From Candidatus Rokuibacteriota bacterium (lineage in GTDB: Bacteria > Methylomirabilota > Methylomirabilia > Rokubacteriales > CSP1-6): a DNA stretch of 64,000 bases. The notes below the pieces were generated by a model. The model searched no databases. It was not told the origin of the DNA and saw nothing but the letters and a program-made list of their open reading frames with translations. Position 1 is the first letter of the stretch, and the number at the start of each line of letters is the position of its first letter. The position numbers were made by a program, and so were the translations under genes. Location: assembly GCA_003220435.1 (NCBI GenBank), contig QHSL01000071.1, positions 4,980 to 68,979 of the forward strand, given 5' to 3'. Shown piece by piece: positions 1 to 9,156 of this stretch.

Positions 1-1310
1 GGGCGGATCGGGAACTTCGAGTCGTCGCTGAGGCTCGACGCCGATTCGCCGTCGCCTGTGCCGGTCTCGCCGTGGCACTGGGCACACTTGGCCTTCTGGT
101 AGAGATCCTTGCCGCGCGTGATCAGATCGGGCGTGGCCGTCGGCGGCTCGCCGATCACCACGGGCGGCTCCGGCTTGTCGTCCTTCCACCGGCTCGAGAA
201 CGTCTTGATGTACACGATGACGGCCATCCGCTCCTTGTCGGGGATCTCGTGCCACGTGGGCATCGCGGTCCAGCGAACACCGCGCGTCACCGTGCGATAG
301 AGATCGCCGTCGGTCGGCAGCGACCCCGAGGGCGTCGTCCTGAACTTGAACACGCCGAGCGTGAAGTCGCGGGGACGCGGTGAGAGGAAGGTCGCCGCCG
401 GGCCGTTGCCGTCGCCCTTGGGTCCGTGGCAGCCGACGCAGCGGGCCTGATAGACGCTTCGGCCGAGCTCCACCAGATCCACGCTGGCCGGGATCGTCAT
501 GACCGACACGCTGACCGTCTGCGGCTCGAAGACCTCGCGCCACGCGCCGCGATTCGTGCCGAGCTTCTGGATGTACTTCACCAGCCCGACCAGCTCGGCC
601 GACGGCAGCACGAGCGTGACCGCGCTCAGCGCGGGCGGCCGGTCGCCGAAGCCCTTGAGGTCGATCACGGGCGTACCGGCGAGCGGCCACCGGCCGTCGG
701 ACGGCGGCGGCACGAACGTCACGCCGCTCGCATTGGGATAGAGGGGAATCGGCGTCTCCGCCTTCATCGTGAAGTAGGCGCGGAGCGCCAGCGACGGGGC
801 GAGCGCCAGGCCGTCCTCGGCCTTCGTCACGGGAACGCGGACCTGGGCGTAGAGCCACTTGAAGCTCGGCATCACGGAGTCGGGGACCACGAGGCGAGGG
901 TCCCAGTGATGGGCGTAGTGCCAGTCGTCGCCGTACTTGAGCCCGACGCGCGTCAGGTCGGGGCCGATGCGGCGCGTCGACAGCATGTGCGGAAGATCGA
1001 AGGCGTACTCGCCGGCTTCCGACACTGGACCCCATCGAAGCTCCTCGCCGGCCACCGGCCGCACATACTGGCTGTGGCAGTACCAGCAGCCCTCGCGGAT
1101 GTAGACGGCGCGGCCCACGCGCTCGAGCGGCGTGTAATCCGTGGCGTCGTGACGGATCCACTTGACGGCGCCGAGGTCGGTCCGCACGGCTCGGCTGACC
1201 TGACGCGAGCGCGACTCCGGGATCATCGCCGGCAGGAAGCCCTGGACGAACATGGCGAGCGTCACGCAGGCGAAGCCGGCGCCCAACGCCAGAGAGCCGA
1301 CCGACCTCAT
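1..1310 (-). CDS. ccoO: cbb3-type cytochrome c oxidase subunit II fused to additional c-type cytochrome domains (3' end outside window)
   Basis: Not in the ORF track because it runs off the edge. Manual translation from ATG at 1310 (ATGA overlap with ccoN stop) gives MRSVGSLALG...GRAVYIREGCWYCHSQYVRP...STRRIGPDLTRVG...WHYAHHWDPRLVVPDSVMPSF (CcoO signature). Two further CxxCH motifs follow: CVGCH (426-440) and CAQCH (72-86). Confidence 0.88.
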   Translation of the reverse strand, partial: MRSVGSLALGAGFACVTLAMFVQGFLPAMIPESRSRQVSRAVRTDLGAVKWIRHDATDYTPLERVGRAVYIREGCWYCHSQYVRPVAGEELRWGPVSEAGEYAFDLPHMLSTRRIGPDLTRVGLKYGDDWHYAHHWDPRLVVPDSVMPSFKWLYAQVRVPVTKAEDGLALAPSLALRAYFTMKAETPIPLYPNASGVTFVPPPSDGRWPLAGTPVIDLKGFGDRPPALSAVTLVLPSAELVGLVKYIQKLGTNRGAWREVFEPQTVSVSVMTIPASVDLVELGRSVYQARCVGCHGPKGDGNGPAATFLSPRPRDFTLGVFKFRTTPSGSLPTDGDLYRTVTRGVRWTAMPTWHEIPDKERMAVIVYIKTFSSRWKDDKPEPPVVIGEPPTATPDLITRGKDLYQKAKCAQCHGETGTGDGESASSLSDDSKFPIR

Positions 1311-2671
1311 CGCGCCCGGCTCTCCGTCGGGCTCGTGGCCAGCGACGTCTTCATGAGGGTGTAGACGAGCAGCGAGATCCCGACGTCCATCGAGATGCCG
1401 GTGAACGTGCGCAGCCACCAGTACGGCCGGATCGCATTGACGGAATGGACCCACTCCGTGCCGGCCATCAGCATGAAGCCCTGCTGGAGGCCCTGGGCTG
1501 CCAGCAGCACGCCCATGGTCGAGATGCCCAGCGTCACCAGCCAGAAGCCCCAGTTCCCGACGCGGAAGCTCCACAGCGGCGCGTCATCGGCCAGGCGCGG
1601 CCAGACGTAGAGCGTGCCGCCGATCGCCCACACCACGAACGTGCCGAACACCGTGAGGTGCGAGTGCGAGATGACGAAGTCGGTGAAGTGCGTCGGCTGC
1701 TGGATCGAGCGCAGCGCTTCGACCGAGCCCTGGAAGCAGCCGACCAGGTAGATCACCGATCCCACGATGAGGAACTTGGCCGGTAGGTTCCGCGGGAACT
1801 CCTGCCAGCGGCCGATCATGGTCCCGAAGAAGTTCTGGAGCACCGTCCAGACCGGGATGATCAGCATCATCGAGGAGACGATCGCGATCGTCTCGGCCCA
1901 GTCGGCGATCGGCGAGTAGAGATAGTGGTGGATGCCCACGAACGGGTAGAAGAACGCGAGCGACCAGAAGCCGATCAGCGACAGCTTGTGGCTGTAGATC
2001 GGGTTCCGCACGGCCGCTGGCAGGAAGTAGTAGATGAGGACGTAGCCCGCCGGCGTGATCCAGAGGCCGACCACGTAGTGGATGAAGAGGCCGTGCCACG
2101 CCGCGTTGTTGATGCCGGGGATGTGATAGGGGCCGAGGATCAGCAGCACGAGGTTCACGTCGGTCCACACGAACGCGGCGATGAGGTACCAGAGCGACAC
2201 GTAGAGGGGTCGCTCTCGCCGGGATCGGATCGTCATCAGGAACTGGACGGTGAGCTGAAGGAGCGCCAGGAGCGTCACGATGACGTTGACGAGCGGCAAC
2301 TCGCCCGCCTCCCAGCCGCGATTCCAGCCGAGCGCCAAGAGTATGACGACGACCGCCAGGTTCAGGTTCCACACCCACAGGAGCGCGTAGCTCCAGCGCT
2401 CCTGCCAGATGCGGACGCCGGTGAGCCGCGGGACGACGTAGTGGCAGAGCCCGATGAAGAGCGTCGAGAAGCCGCCCCAGATCACGCCGTTGACGTGGAT
2501 CGGGCGGAGGCGTCCGAACGTGAGCCACGCGGTGTCGCCCAGGAACTCGGGATAGTTGAACTTGGTCGAGACGAGCACGCCGATGGACGGAAACAGCAGC
2601 AGCCAGGCCAGCCCCGACACCAGCCACTTGCGGACCAGGTCCGCGTTGATCAGGTCGTCGTTCTGCGTCAC
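1307..2671 (-). CDS. ccoN: cbb3-type (C-family) cytochrome c oxidase subunit I
   Basis: Motifs LTFGRLRPIHVNGVIW, HYVVGLW, FWSLAFFYPFVGIHHY (helix-7 Tyr plus His pair) and TDFVISHSH. Start placed at GTG 2671 because a TATCCT -10 lies 6 nt upstream; the ORF-track extension to 2842 overlaps the next gene. Confidence 0.9.
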   Translation of the reverse strand: MTQNDDLINADLVRKWLVSGLAWLLLFPSIGVLVSTKFNYPEFLGDTAWLTFGRLRPIHVNGVIWGGFSTLFIGLCHYVVPRLTGVRIWQERWSYALLWVWNLNLAVVVILLALGWNRGWEAGELPLVNVIVTLLALLQLTVQFLMTIRSRRERPLYVSLWYLIAAFVWTDVNLVLLILGPYHIPGINNAAWHGLFIHYVVGLWITPAGYVLIYYFLPAAVRNPIYSHKLSLIGFWSLAFFYPFVGIHHYLYSPIADWAETIAIVSSMMLIIPVWTVLQNFFGTMIGRWQEFPRNLPAKFLIVGSVIYLVGCFQGSVEALRSIQQPTHFTDFVISHSHLTVFGTFVVWAIGGTLYVWPRLADDAPLWSFRVGNWGFWLVTLGISTMGVLLAAQGLQQGFMLMAGTEWVHSVNAIRPYWWLRTFTGISMDVGISLLVYTLMKTSLATSPTESRAR

Positions 2672-2729
2672 GGAGCGAGGATAGCGCGCCTCCTGCGCTC
2701 CACCGCCATTCTCCGATAGAATCGTCGCC

Positions 2730-3644
2730 GTGCGAGCGGAGCACGTCGTCATGGCGGGTGCGGTCCTGGCCCTGCTCGTTCTGGTGATGCTACCGCTGGC
2801 TTTCCTGGTCTGGGGCAGTGTGACCACCGGCGACGGCGTCACCCTCGCTCACTTCCGCGACGCGCTCAGCAGCCGGCTCTACCTGACCGCCCTCCGCAAT
2901 TCGCTCGTCCTGGGCCTCTGGACGGCGGTGTTGAGTATCGCCATCGGCCTGCCGCTTGCCTGGGTCGTGAGCCGGACGAACGCGCCGGCCCGGCGGTTCG
3001 TCCACCTGTCGGCGGTCGTGTCCTACCTCACGCCGCCGTTCCTGACGGATCGCGTTCGTGAACCTGTTCAGCCCGAACGCGGGCCTGGTCAACCGCTTCG
3101 TCCGCGACGTGCTCGGGCTGGACGCGCTGACCTTCAACGTCTTCTCGATGGCCGGCCTCGTCCTCGTCACCGTGCCCCACACGTTCCCGTTCGTGTACCT
3201 GCTCACGGCGAGCGCCCTCGAGTCGGTCGACGCGTCCATGGAGGAGTCTACGTCCCGCTCGGGGTGCGCTCGGCCAACGCGGCGTTCCGCCAGATCGACC
3301 CGTCCCTGGAGGAGACCGCGCGGGTGACCGGCGCCGGGTGGCTGCGCACCTTCACGGCCGTCACGCTGCCGCTGGCGCGCCCGGGGCTCTTCGCCGGGTG
3401 GCTCCTCGTCTTCGTGCCGGCGCTCCAGGAGCTCTCCGCCTCGATCCTCCTCTTCAGCTCGGGCTCGATCACCCTCGCGGTCGCCGTCTACAACCTCTAC
3501 GAGACCGGGGCGCTGGAGCCAGTGGCTGCTCTGGCCATCGTCACGATGCTGATCATCACCGCGGCGATCGCGCTCGCCGGCCGGCTCGGGCGGGGCTCGG
3601 CAAGTGTCCCGCGGCGGGGGACCGGTCTAGAATCAGCCCAATGA
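2730..3644 (+). pseudogene. Fe3+/polyamine-type ABC transporter permease (FbpB-like), frameshifted and internally deleted
   Basis: The N-terminal TM segment reads to YLTPPFLT (~3047). The homologous sequence then continues in another frame (IAFVNLFSPNAG...ALESVDASMEE, to ~3247) and jumps directly to the second EAA loop (VYVPLGVRSANAAFRQIDPSLEETARVTGA). The middle of the two-domain permease is missing. Confidence 0.75.
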
Positions 3645-3656
3645 AGACACTCTGAA

Positions 3657-4541
3657 GTGAACATCCGCGCGCTGCGCCCCTCCGATCGTCGCTGGGTCGC
3701 CGACGTGTTGACCGAGCACTTCGGCTCACCGCGAATCGTGTCCCGCGGTGTGCTGCACGACGGGCTTGTCCTGCCGGGGCTCGTGGCCGAGCAGGACAGC
3801 GCGCCGGTGGGGCTTCTGTTGCACCGCCTGGATCCCGATCAATGCGAGATCGTCGCGCTCATCGCCGTGCGTCGGCGCGAAGGAGTCGGCCGCCGCTTGA
3901 TCGAAGCCGTGAGCGCGCTCGCGATCTCGGCCGGGAGCAACCGCCTCTGGCTCGCCACCACCAACGCCAATCGCGGCGCGCTCGAGTTCTATCGAGCGGT
4001 CGGCTGGAGCCAGGTGGCGGTTCACCGCGGGGCGATCCGCGAGGCGCGCCGTCTCAAACCCGAGATTCCACTCCATGACGCCGAGGGGATTCCAATCGAG
4101 GACGAGATCGAGCTCGAGCTCCGGCTGAAGCGGCGGTCGGACGCGGCGTTGCTCGAGTGCGTCACGTTCATGCTGGTGAGGAACCGGCACGTCCTGGCGG
4201 AGAAGCGAAAGCTGACCAAGCGCCTGGCTCCGGGAGCCATCGCGCTGCCCGGCGGGCACGTCGACGCGGGCGAGAGCCTCGAGCACGCGCTGCGCCGCGA
4301 GCTCGACGAAGAGCTCGGGATCGTCGCCGAGCGCGTCCGCTACGTGTGCACGCTGCTGCATCTGGCCGAGGAGTTCCGCCGGCTGCACTACTACGCGGTG
4401 GAGAGCTGGCGGGGTGAAATCCTGAACCAGGAGGCGGACGAGCTCGTCTGGGTCCCGCTCGACGAGCCGCGTCTGCTCGATTTCGACGTGGACAGGACGG
4501 CGGTCAGGGAGTACCTGCGTGTCTACTCAGAGGGAACCTGA
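3657..4541 (+). CDS. GNAT acetyltransferase - Nudix hydrolase fusion
   Basis: N-half has the GNAT motif RRREGVGRRLI...TTNANRGALEFYRAVGW. C-half has the Nudix box LPGGHVDAGESLEHALRRELDEELGI. Confidence 0.85.
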   Translation: MNIRALRPSDRRWVADVLTEHFGSPRIVSRGVLHDGLVLPGLVAEQDSAPVGLLLHRLDPDQCEIVALIAVRRREGVGRRLIEAVSALAISAGSNRLWLATTNANRGALEFYRAVGWSQVAVHRGAIREARRLKPEIPLHDAEGIPIEDEIELELRLKRRSDAALLECVTFMLVRNRHVLAEKRKLTKRLAPGAIALPGGHVDAGESLEHALRRELDEELGIVAERVRYVCTLLHLAEEFRRLHYYAVESWRGEILNQEADELVWVPLDEPRLLDFDVDRTAVREYLRVYSEGT

Positions 4542-4547
4542 CGACCG

Positions 4548-5630
4548 ATGGCGGGGATCCGGATCGAGCGGGTGACGAAGCGCTTCGGCGCCGTCGCGGC
4601 CGTGCGCGATCTGAGCCTGGAGATCCACGACCACGAGTTCGTCACGCTCCTGGGCCCGAGCGGCTGCGGCAAGACCACGCTATTGAGAATGATCGCCGGC
4701 TTCGCGGCGCCCGACGAGGGCGCGATCCGAGTGGACGGCGTCGTCCTCTCGACACCTGCGAGCGTCATCCCTCCCGAGCGGCGCGGGATGGGTATGGTCT
4801 TCCAGAACTACGCCGTCTGGCCCCACAAGACCGTGTTCCAGAACGTCGCCTTCGGCCTCGAGGTGCGCAGGGTGGGCCGGACCGAGACGCGGTCGCGGGT
4901 GACGCGCGTGCTCGAGCTCGTCAACCTCGCGGGGCTGGAAGGACGCTTTCCGGGCCAGTTGAGCGGCGGCCAGCAGCAACAGGTGGCCCTGGCGCGGAGC
5001 CTGGTCGTGGAGCCGGGGATCCTGCTCCTCGACGAGCCGCTCTCGAACCTCGACGCGAAGCTCCGCGAGCGCATGCGCTGGGAGCTGAAGGAGCTGCAGC
5101 GGAGGACCGGCATCACGTTCGTCTACGTCACCCACGACCAGTCCGAGGCGATGGCGCTTTCCGACCGCATCGCCGTGATGCACCAGGGCGAGATCATGCA
5201 GCTCGGCGCCCCGCGCGTGGTCTACACGCGGCCCGCCAACCGCACCGTCGCTGACTTCATGGGCCTGGTCAACCTGATCCCGGCCAACGTCATCCGCGCC
5301 GCCGGCGACGAGAGCCTCGTGTCGGTTGGCGGCACGCATCCGGTCCCCGTCGCGCTCCCGGCGAGCGCGGCCGCCGGCCAGGCCGTGCACGTGGCGATCC
5401 GGCCGGAGAGCCTGAGGTTGATCCCGTCGGCGTCCACGCCGGACGTTCAGGGGACGGTGCCGGCCAAGGTGGCGGAGGTGATGTTCCTCGGCAACATCGT
5501 GGATTGTCACGTGACGCTCGACGACGGCACGCGCGTCTGCGTTCAGGCCGACCCGGGCGTCGTGCTCGAGGTGGGGCAGCCGGTCGGCGTACACTTCGAC
5601 AGCCGTTCCAGCAGCGTGTTCGCGACCTGA
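4548..5630 (+). CDS. ABC transporter ATP-binding protein (PotA/FbpC type, TOBE C-terminus)
   Basis: Walker A GPSGCGKT, signature LSGGQQQ(Q)VALAR, Walker B LLLDEPLSNLD, H-loop VTHDQ. Confidence 0.92.
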   Translation: MAGIRIERVTKRFGAVAAVRDLSLEIHDHEFVTLLGPSGCGKTTLLRMIAGFAAPDEGAIRVDGVVLSTPASVIPPERRGMGMVFQNYAVWPHKTVFQNVAFGLEVRRVGRTETRSRVTRVLELVNLAGLEGRFPGQLSGGQQQQVALARSLVVEPGILLLDEPLSNLDAKLRERMRWELKELQRRTGITFVYVTHDQSEAMALSDRIAVMHQGEIMQLGAPRVVYTRPANRTVADFMGLVNLIPANVIRAAGDESLVSVGGTHPVPVALPASAAAGQAVHVAIRPESLRLIPSASTPDVQGTVPAKVAEVMFLGNIVDCHVTLDDGTRVCVQADPGVVLEVGQPVGVHFDSRSSSVFAT

Positions 5631-5687
5631 GACGCGAGGCGAGCCGAGCGCCCGTCTTGTGGCAGAATCCGGCTAGGGGAGGCGACC

Positions 5688-6671
5688 ATGGCGGTGCAGA
5701 CGACGCGGACGACGCGGACGGCCCACGAGATGGAAGAGTATTGCGCACGGTTGAGGGCGGCCGGGCTCGACGCCCCGTGGTCTCGGCCGGGGCCACTGAT
5801 TCCGCCCAAGCCAACCGCGACCCAGCCGCGCCACTGGCGGTGGCGCGACATCGAGCCGCTGCTGCGTGAGAGCAGCGAGTTCCTGAGCCCTCACCGCGGC
5901 GCCGAGCGGCGGGTGCTCCGGCTCCACAACCCGGGCGTCCCCGAGCGCACCGTGGCCCACAGCCTCGTCCTCGCGATCCAGTACCTGCTTCCGGGCGAAG
6001 TCGCGCCCGCGCATCGCCACTCGCCGACCGCGGTCAGGTTCATGCTCCACGGTGAAGGCGCCTTCACGACCGTCGACGGCCAGAAGTGCGCCATGAAGCC
6101 GGGGGATCTCGTGCTCACGCCGGGCATGGCGTGGCACGACCACGGCAACGAGGGCGGCGCGCCCGTCTACTGGATGGACATCCTCGACTGGCAGATCGTG
6201 CGCTTCCTCGAGAACCTGACGTTCGAGCCCTATCCCGACGACCAGCAGCCGGCGCTGCGGAGCCCCGGGCGCGACATCTATTTCCCGTGGAGCGAGACGT
6301 ACGCGGCGCTGCTCCGGCGCGCCGAGCAGGCGCCCGATCCCTACGACGATGTCCTGCTCGAGTACCTCGATCCGGCGAGCAACTCGTCGCTCCGTCCGAC
6401 TGTCGCGTGCTACCTCCAGCTCCTCCGTCCTGGGGTGCGCACTCGTGCCCATCGCGAGACGAGCTGCGCGGTCTATCGCGTGGTGCGGGGCCGGGGCGCC
6501 ACGACCGTCGACGACCAGACCTTTGAGTGGGAGCCGGGAGACTTCTTCGTGATCCCGCCGCGGGCGCGCCACGCCCACGCGAATGCCGGGGCCGAGCCCG
6601 CGGTGCTCTTCACCGCGCAGGACGTCCCGCTGCTCAAGCTGCTCAGGCTCTATCAGATGGAGCCGGCGTAG
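5688..6671 (+). CDS. Gentisate 1,2-dioxygenase-like bicupin
   Basis: AERRVLRLHNPG, QYLLPGEVAPAHRHSPTAVRF, WHDHGNEG and WMDILD; second cupin AHRET...HAHAN. GGGAGG RBS upstream. Confidence 0.82.
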   Translation: MAVQTTRTTRTAHEMEEYCARLRAAGLDAPWSRPGPLIPPKPTATQPRHWRWRDIEPLLRESSEFLSPHRGAERRVLRLHNPGVPERTVAHSLVLAIQYLLPGEVAPAHRHSPTAVRFMLHGEGAFTTVDGQKCAMKPGDLVLTPGMAWHDHGNEGGAPVYWMDILDWQIVRFLENLTFEPYPDDQQPALRSPGRDIYFPWSETYAALLRRAEQAPDPYDDVLLEYLDPASNSSLRPTVACYLQLLRPGVRTRAHRETSCAVYRVVRGRGATTVDDQTFEWEPGDFFVIPPRARHAHANAGAEPAVLFTAQDVPLLKLLRLYQMEPA

Positions 6672-6683
6672 AGGAGGACTTCC

Positions 6684-7907
6684 ATGGCACGCGCGGGTTA
6701 CCGGATATTCGATGCCGACACCCACATCATCGAGGCTGCGGAACCGATCGAGGCCTATCTCTCGGCCGGTGACAAGGCCAAGCTGGCTTCCCTCGGACCT
6801 CTGATCGGGCGGGTCCCGGGCAAAGGCGGGGTGTCCCGGTATCGCGTCGGCAAGCGCCCCGAGCTCAATCGCCTCCTCGGATCTCGCGACAGCGTGCCTC
6901 CGGCCGACTCGATCGCCCGCGGCCTCAAGGACGGCGGGACGCCGTGGGACGTTCGATGGCAGGGGCCGCCGTTCCCCGACGACCGCGTGAACTTCGACTC
7001 GCACGCACGCATCAGGGACATGGACATCGAGGGCGTCGACGTGAACATGGTCCTGCCGTCGGGAGGGCTCGCGGCGTTCAGCGGCCTCGATGACGTCGGG
7101 GTCGAGATGATGATGTACCAGGCGTATCACCGCTTCCTCAAGGAATACTGCACGCCGTACCCGGACCGGCTCACGAGCGTCCTCCACGTGACGGTCCGCG
7201 ACGTTCCCGGATCCGTCGCCGAGATCCGCCGCTGCGGCAAGGAGACGTGGCCGGTCGGCGTCTTCCCGGTGTGCCCGCCCGGGATGACCCTCGACGATCC
7301 TGACTGGAATCCCATCTGGGCCGCGGCGCAGGAACACGACCTCACCGTGGTGATCCATTCCTTCACGATGTCGATCCCGTATCCGCCGGGCATGTGGGAC
7401 AACTGGAACAACATGTTCCTGGTGCGCTCCGCCAGCCACGTGTGGAACGCCCAGCGCAACATGGCCGCGCTCATCGGCTCCGGCGTGTTCGACCGGTTTC
7501 CCGAGCTCCGCTTGACCTCGCTGGAGTGCGGTCACGGGTGGCTCGCGTTCTGGGCTTCGCGACTCGACGAGCAGGCCGAGATGAGCCAGCACGCGCTGCC
7601 GCGCCTCAAGCGGAAGCCGAGCGAGTACATCCGCGGGCCACAATATTTCCAGAGCATCCAGCTGCACGAGGGCGAGCTGTCGCTGCGCCAGGCCATCGAG
7701 GCCATCGGCGAGGACACGCTGATGTTCGCGACGGACTACCCGCACTCGGAGAGCTGGTTCCCGAAGTCGGTCGACGCGGTGCTGAAGTGGACGACGATTC
7801 CGGAGAGCGCCCGGCGCAAGCTCCTGTGGGAGAACGCCGTCCACTGCTACCGGCGCTATAGCGGCTACAAGTCTGCGGTCGTCGAGCCGGCAACCGCGGC
7901 TCGCTGA
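6684..7907 (+). CDS. Amidohydrolase_2 family protein (decarboxylase/hydratase-like TIM barrel)
   Basis: DADTH, RIRDMDIEGVD, VIH, GVFDRFPELR..LECG.GW, KRKPSEY, MFATDYPHSE. Confidence 0.88.
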   Translation: MARAGYRIFDADTHIIEAAEPIEAYLSAGDKAKLASLGPLIGRVPGKGGVSRYRVGKRPELNRLLGSRDSVPPADSIARGLKDGGTPWDVRWQGPPFPDDRVNFDSHARIRDMDIEGVDVNMVLPSGGLAAFSGLDDVGVEMMMYQAYHRFLKEYCTPYPDRLTSVLHVTVRDVPGSVAEIRRCGKETWPVGVFPVCPPGMTLDDPDWNPIWAAAQEHDLTVVIHSFTMSIPYPPGMWDNWNNMFLVRSASHVWNAQRNMAALIGSGVFDRFPELRLTSLECGHGWLAFWASRLDEQAEMSQHALPRLKRKPSEYIRGPQYFQSIQLHEGELSLRQAIEAIGEDTLMFATDYPHSESWFPKSVDAVLKWTTIPESARRKLLWENAVHCYRRYSGYKSAVVEPATAAR

Positions 7908-7962
7908 CCGGCGGATCCAGGACCGGCGACTTCGGAGACCGGGGGGCCCGGAGACCGTCCCG

Positions 7963-8043
7963 CTACTTGGCGGTGATCCAGCCCGCGATACGCTCGACCA
8001 CCTGACGCTCGATCCCGTTGTAGCCGTGATACGCGAAGGCCTC
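7963..8043 (-). pseudogene. Orphan C-terminal 26 codons of a deleted gene (alpha/beta-hydrolase-like tail)
   Basis: The minus strand reads EAFAYHGYNGIERQVVERIAGWITAK* with typical codon usage. It has no start and begins inside the stop codon of the dehydrogenase. The family assignment is from recall of similar His-containing hydrolase tails. Confidence 0.5.
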
Positions 8044-9106
8044 AGACACGAATGACGACCTTCAGGGCGTTGTCGGTCCGCGCCGTGTAGGCGTGGAACG
8101 CGTCGTTGATCTCGTCGAGCCTGAAGTGGTGGGTGATGATCGGGTCGGCCAGGATCTTGCCCGCGCTCATGAGCGCGAGCGAGCGCCCGCAGTTCATCCC
8201 GCCTTCGCCGCGCGCCGCGTAGATGCGCACGTTCGAGCGCACGGCCAGGTTCATGTCGACCTGGATGGGGCCCGTGTACCAGGCGACCACGCCGATGCGG
8301 CCTCCGCGCTTGACGTTCTCCAGCGCCTCCTGCATCGACGTGGGCCCGCCCGCGCACTCCAGCACCGCGTCGGCACCGTGGCCCCCGGTGATCTGGCGCA
8401 CGCGCTCGGCGAGGTTCTCGTTGCGCACGTTGATCGTGACGTCGGCGCCCAGCGTTTTACCGACGGCCAGGCGCGAGTCGCGGGTCCCGGTCAAGATCAC
8501 ACGCGCGGCGCCGAGGGCCTTGCAGAGCTGGACGGCGATGAGCCCGATGGGGCCGGGGCCCTGCACGAGCACGGTCTCGCCGGCGACGTAGCCGCCCATC
8601 AGGTCGATCGCCCAGAGGGGCGAGGCCGCCGTGGTCACCATGCACGCCTGCTCGAAGGTCAGGTTGTCGGGCAACCGATAGAGGGTGTTGATGTGGTTCA
8701 CGGCGTACTCGGCGAAGCCGCCGTCGCAGGTGAGGCCCTTGGCGCGATGGCCCTTCGAGACGTCGCCGTAGTTCAGGCACGACGTGTACCAGCCCTTGAT
8801 GCAGTTCTCGCATCGCTCGCAGCCCTTGTGCACCTCGACCGCGACGCGGTCGCCCACCTGGAACTCGTCGACGCCGGGCCCGAGCGCGGCCACCGTGCCC
8901 GCGTACTCGTGACCCATCACGAACTGGCCGGCGGGCTGGCCCTGGAGCGTGCGGTGGAGCACCTTCACGTCGGTGCCGCAGATCGACGCGACCTCGACCT
9001 TCAGTCTCACTTCGCCCGGGCCCGGCTCGGGCCGGGGCCAGGGCTGGACGCGCATGTCGTCGGCTCCGTGCAGGACGACGGCTTTCATGTCGGCGGACGT
9101 CGGCAT
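8042..9106 (-). CDS. Zn-dependent alcohol/threonine dehydrogenase-like MDR enzyme
   Basis: ICGTD, GHEYAG, structural Zn CERCENC...C, GPGPIG NAD-binding motif. Confidence 0.9.
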   Translation of the reverse strand: MPTSADMKAVVLHGADDMRVQPWPRPEPGPGEVRLKVEVASICGTDVKVLHRTLQGQPAGQFVMGHEYAGTVAALGPGVDEFQVGDRVAVEVHKGCERCENCIKGWYTSCLNYGDVSKGHRAKGLTCDGGFAEYAVNHINTLYRLPDNLTFEQACMVTTAASPLWAIDLMGGYVAGETVLVQGPGPIGLIAVQLCKALGAARVILTGTRDSRLAVGKTLGADVTINVRNENLAERVRQITGGHGADAVLECAGGPTSMQEALENVKRGGRIGVVAWYTGPIQVDMNLAVRSNVRIYAARGEGGMNCGRSLALMSAGKILADPIITHHFRLDEINDAFHAYTARTDNALKVVIRV

Positions 9107-9156
9107 GGGGAACCTCCCGCCTGGACGGTATCATAGGGCCCGCGAGGACAAAGCCC

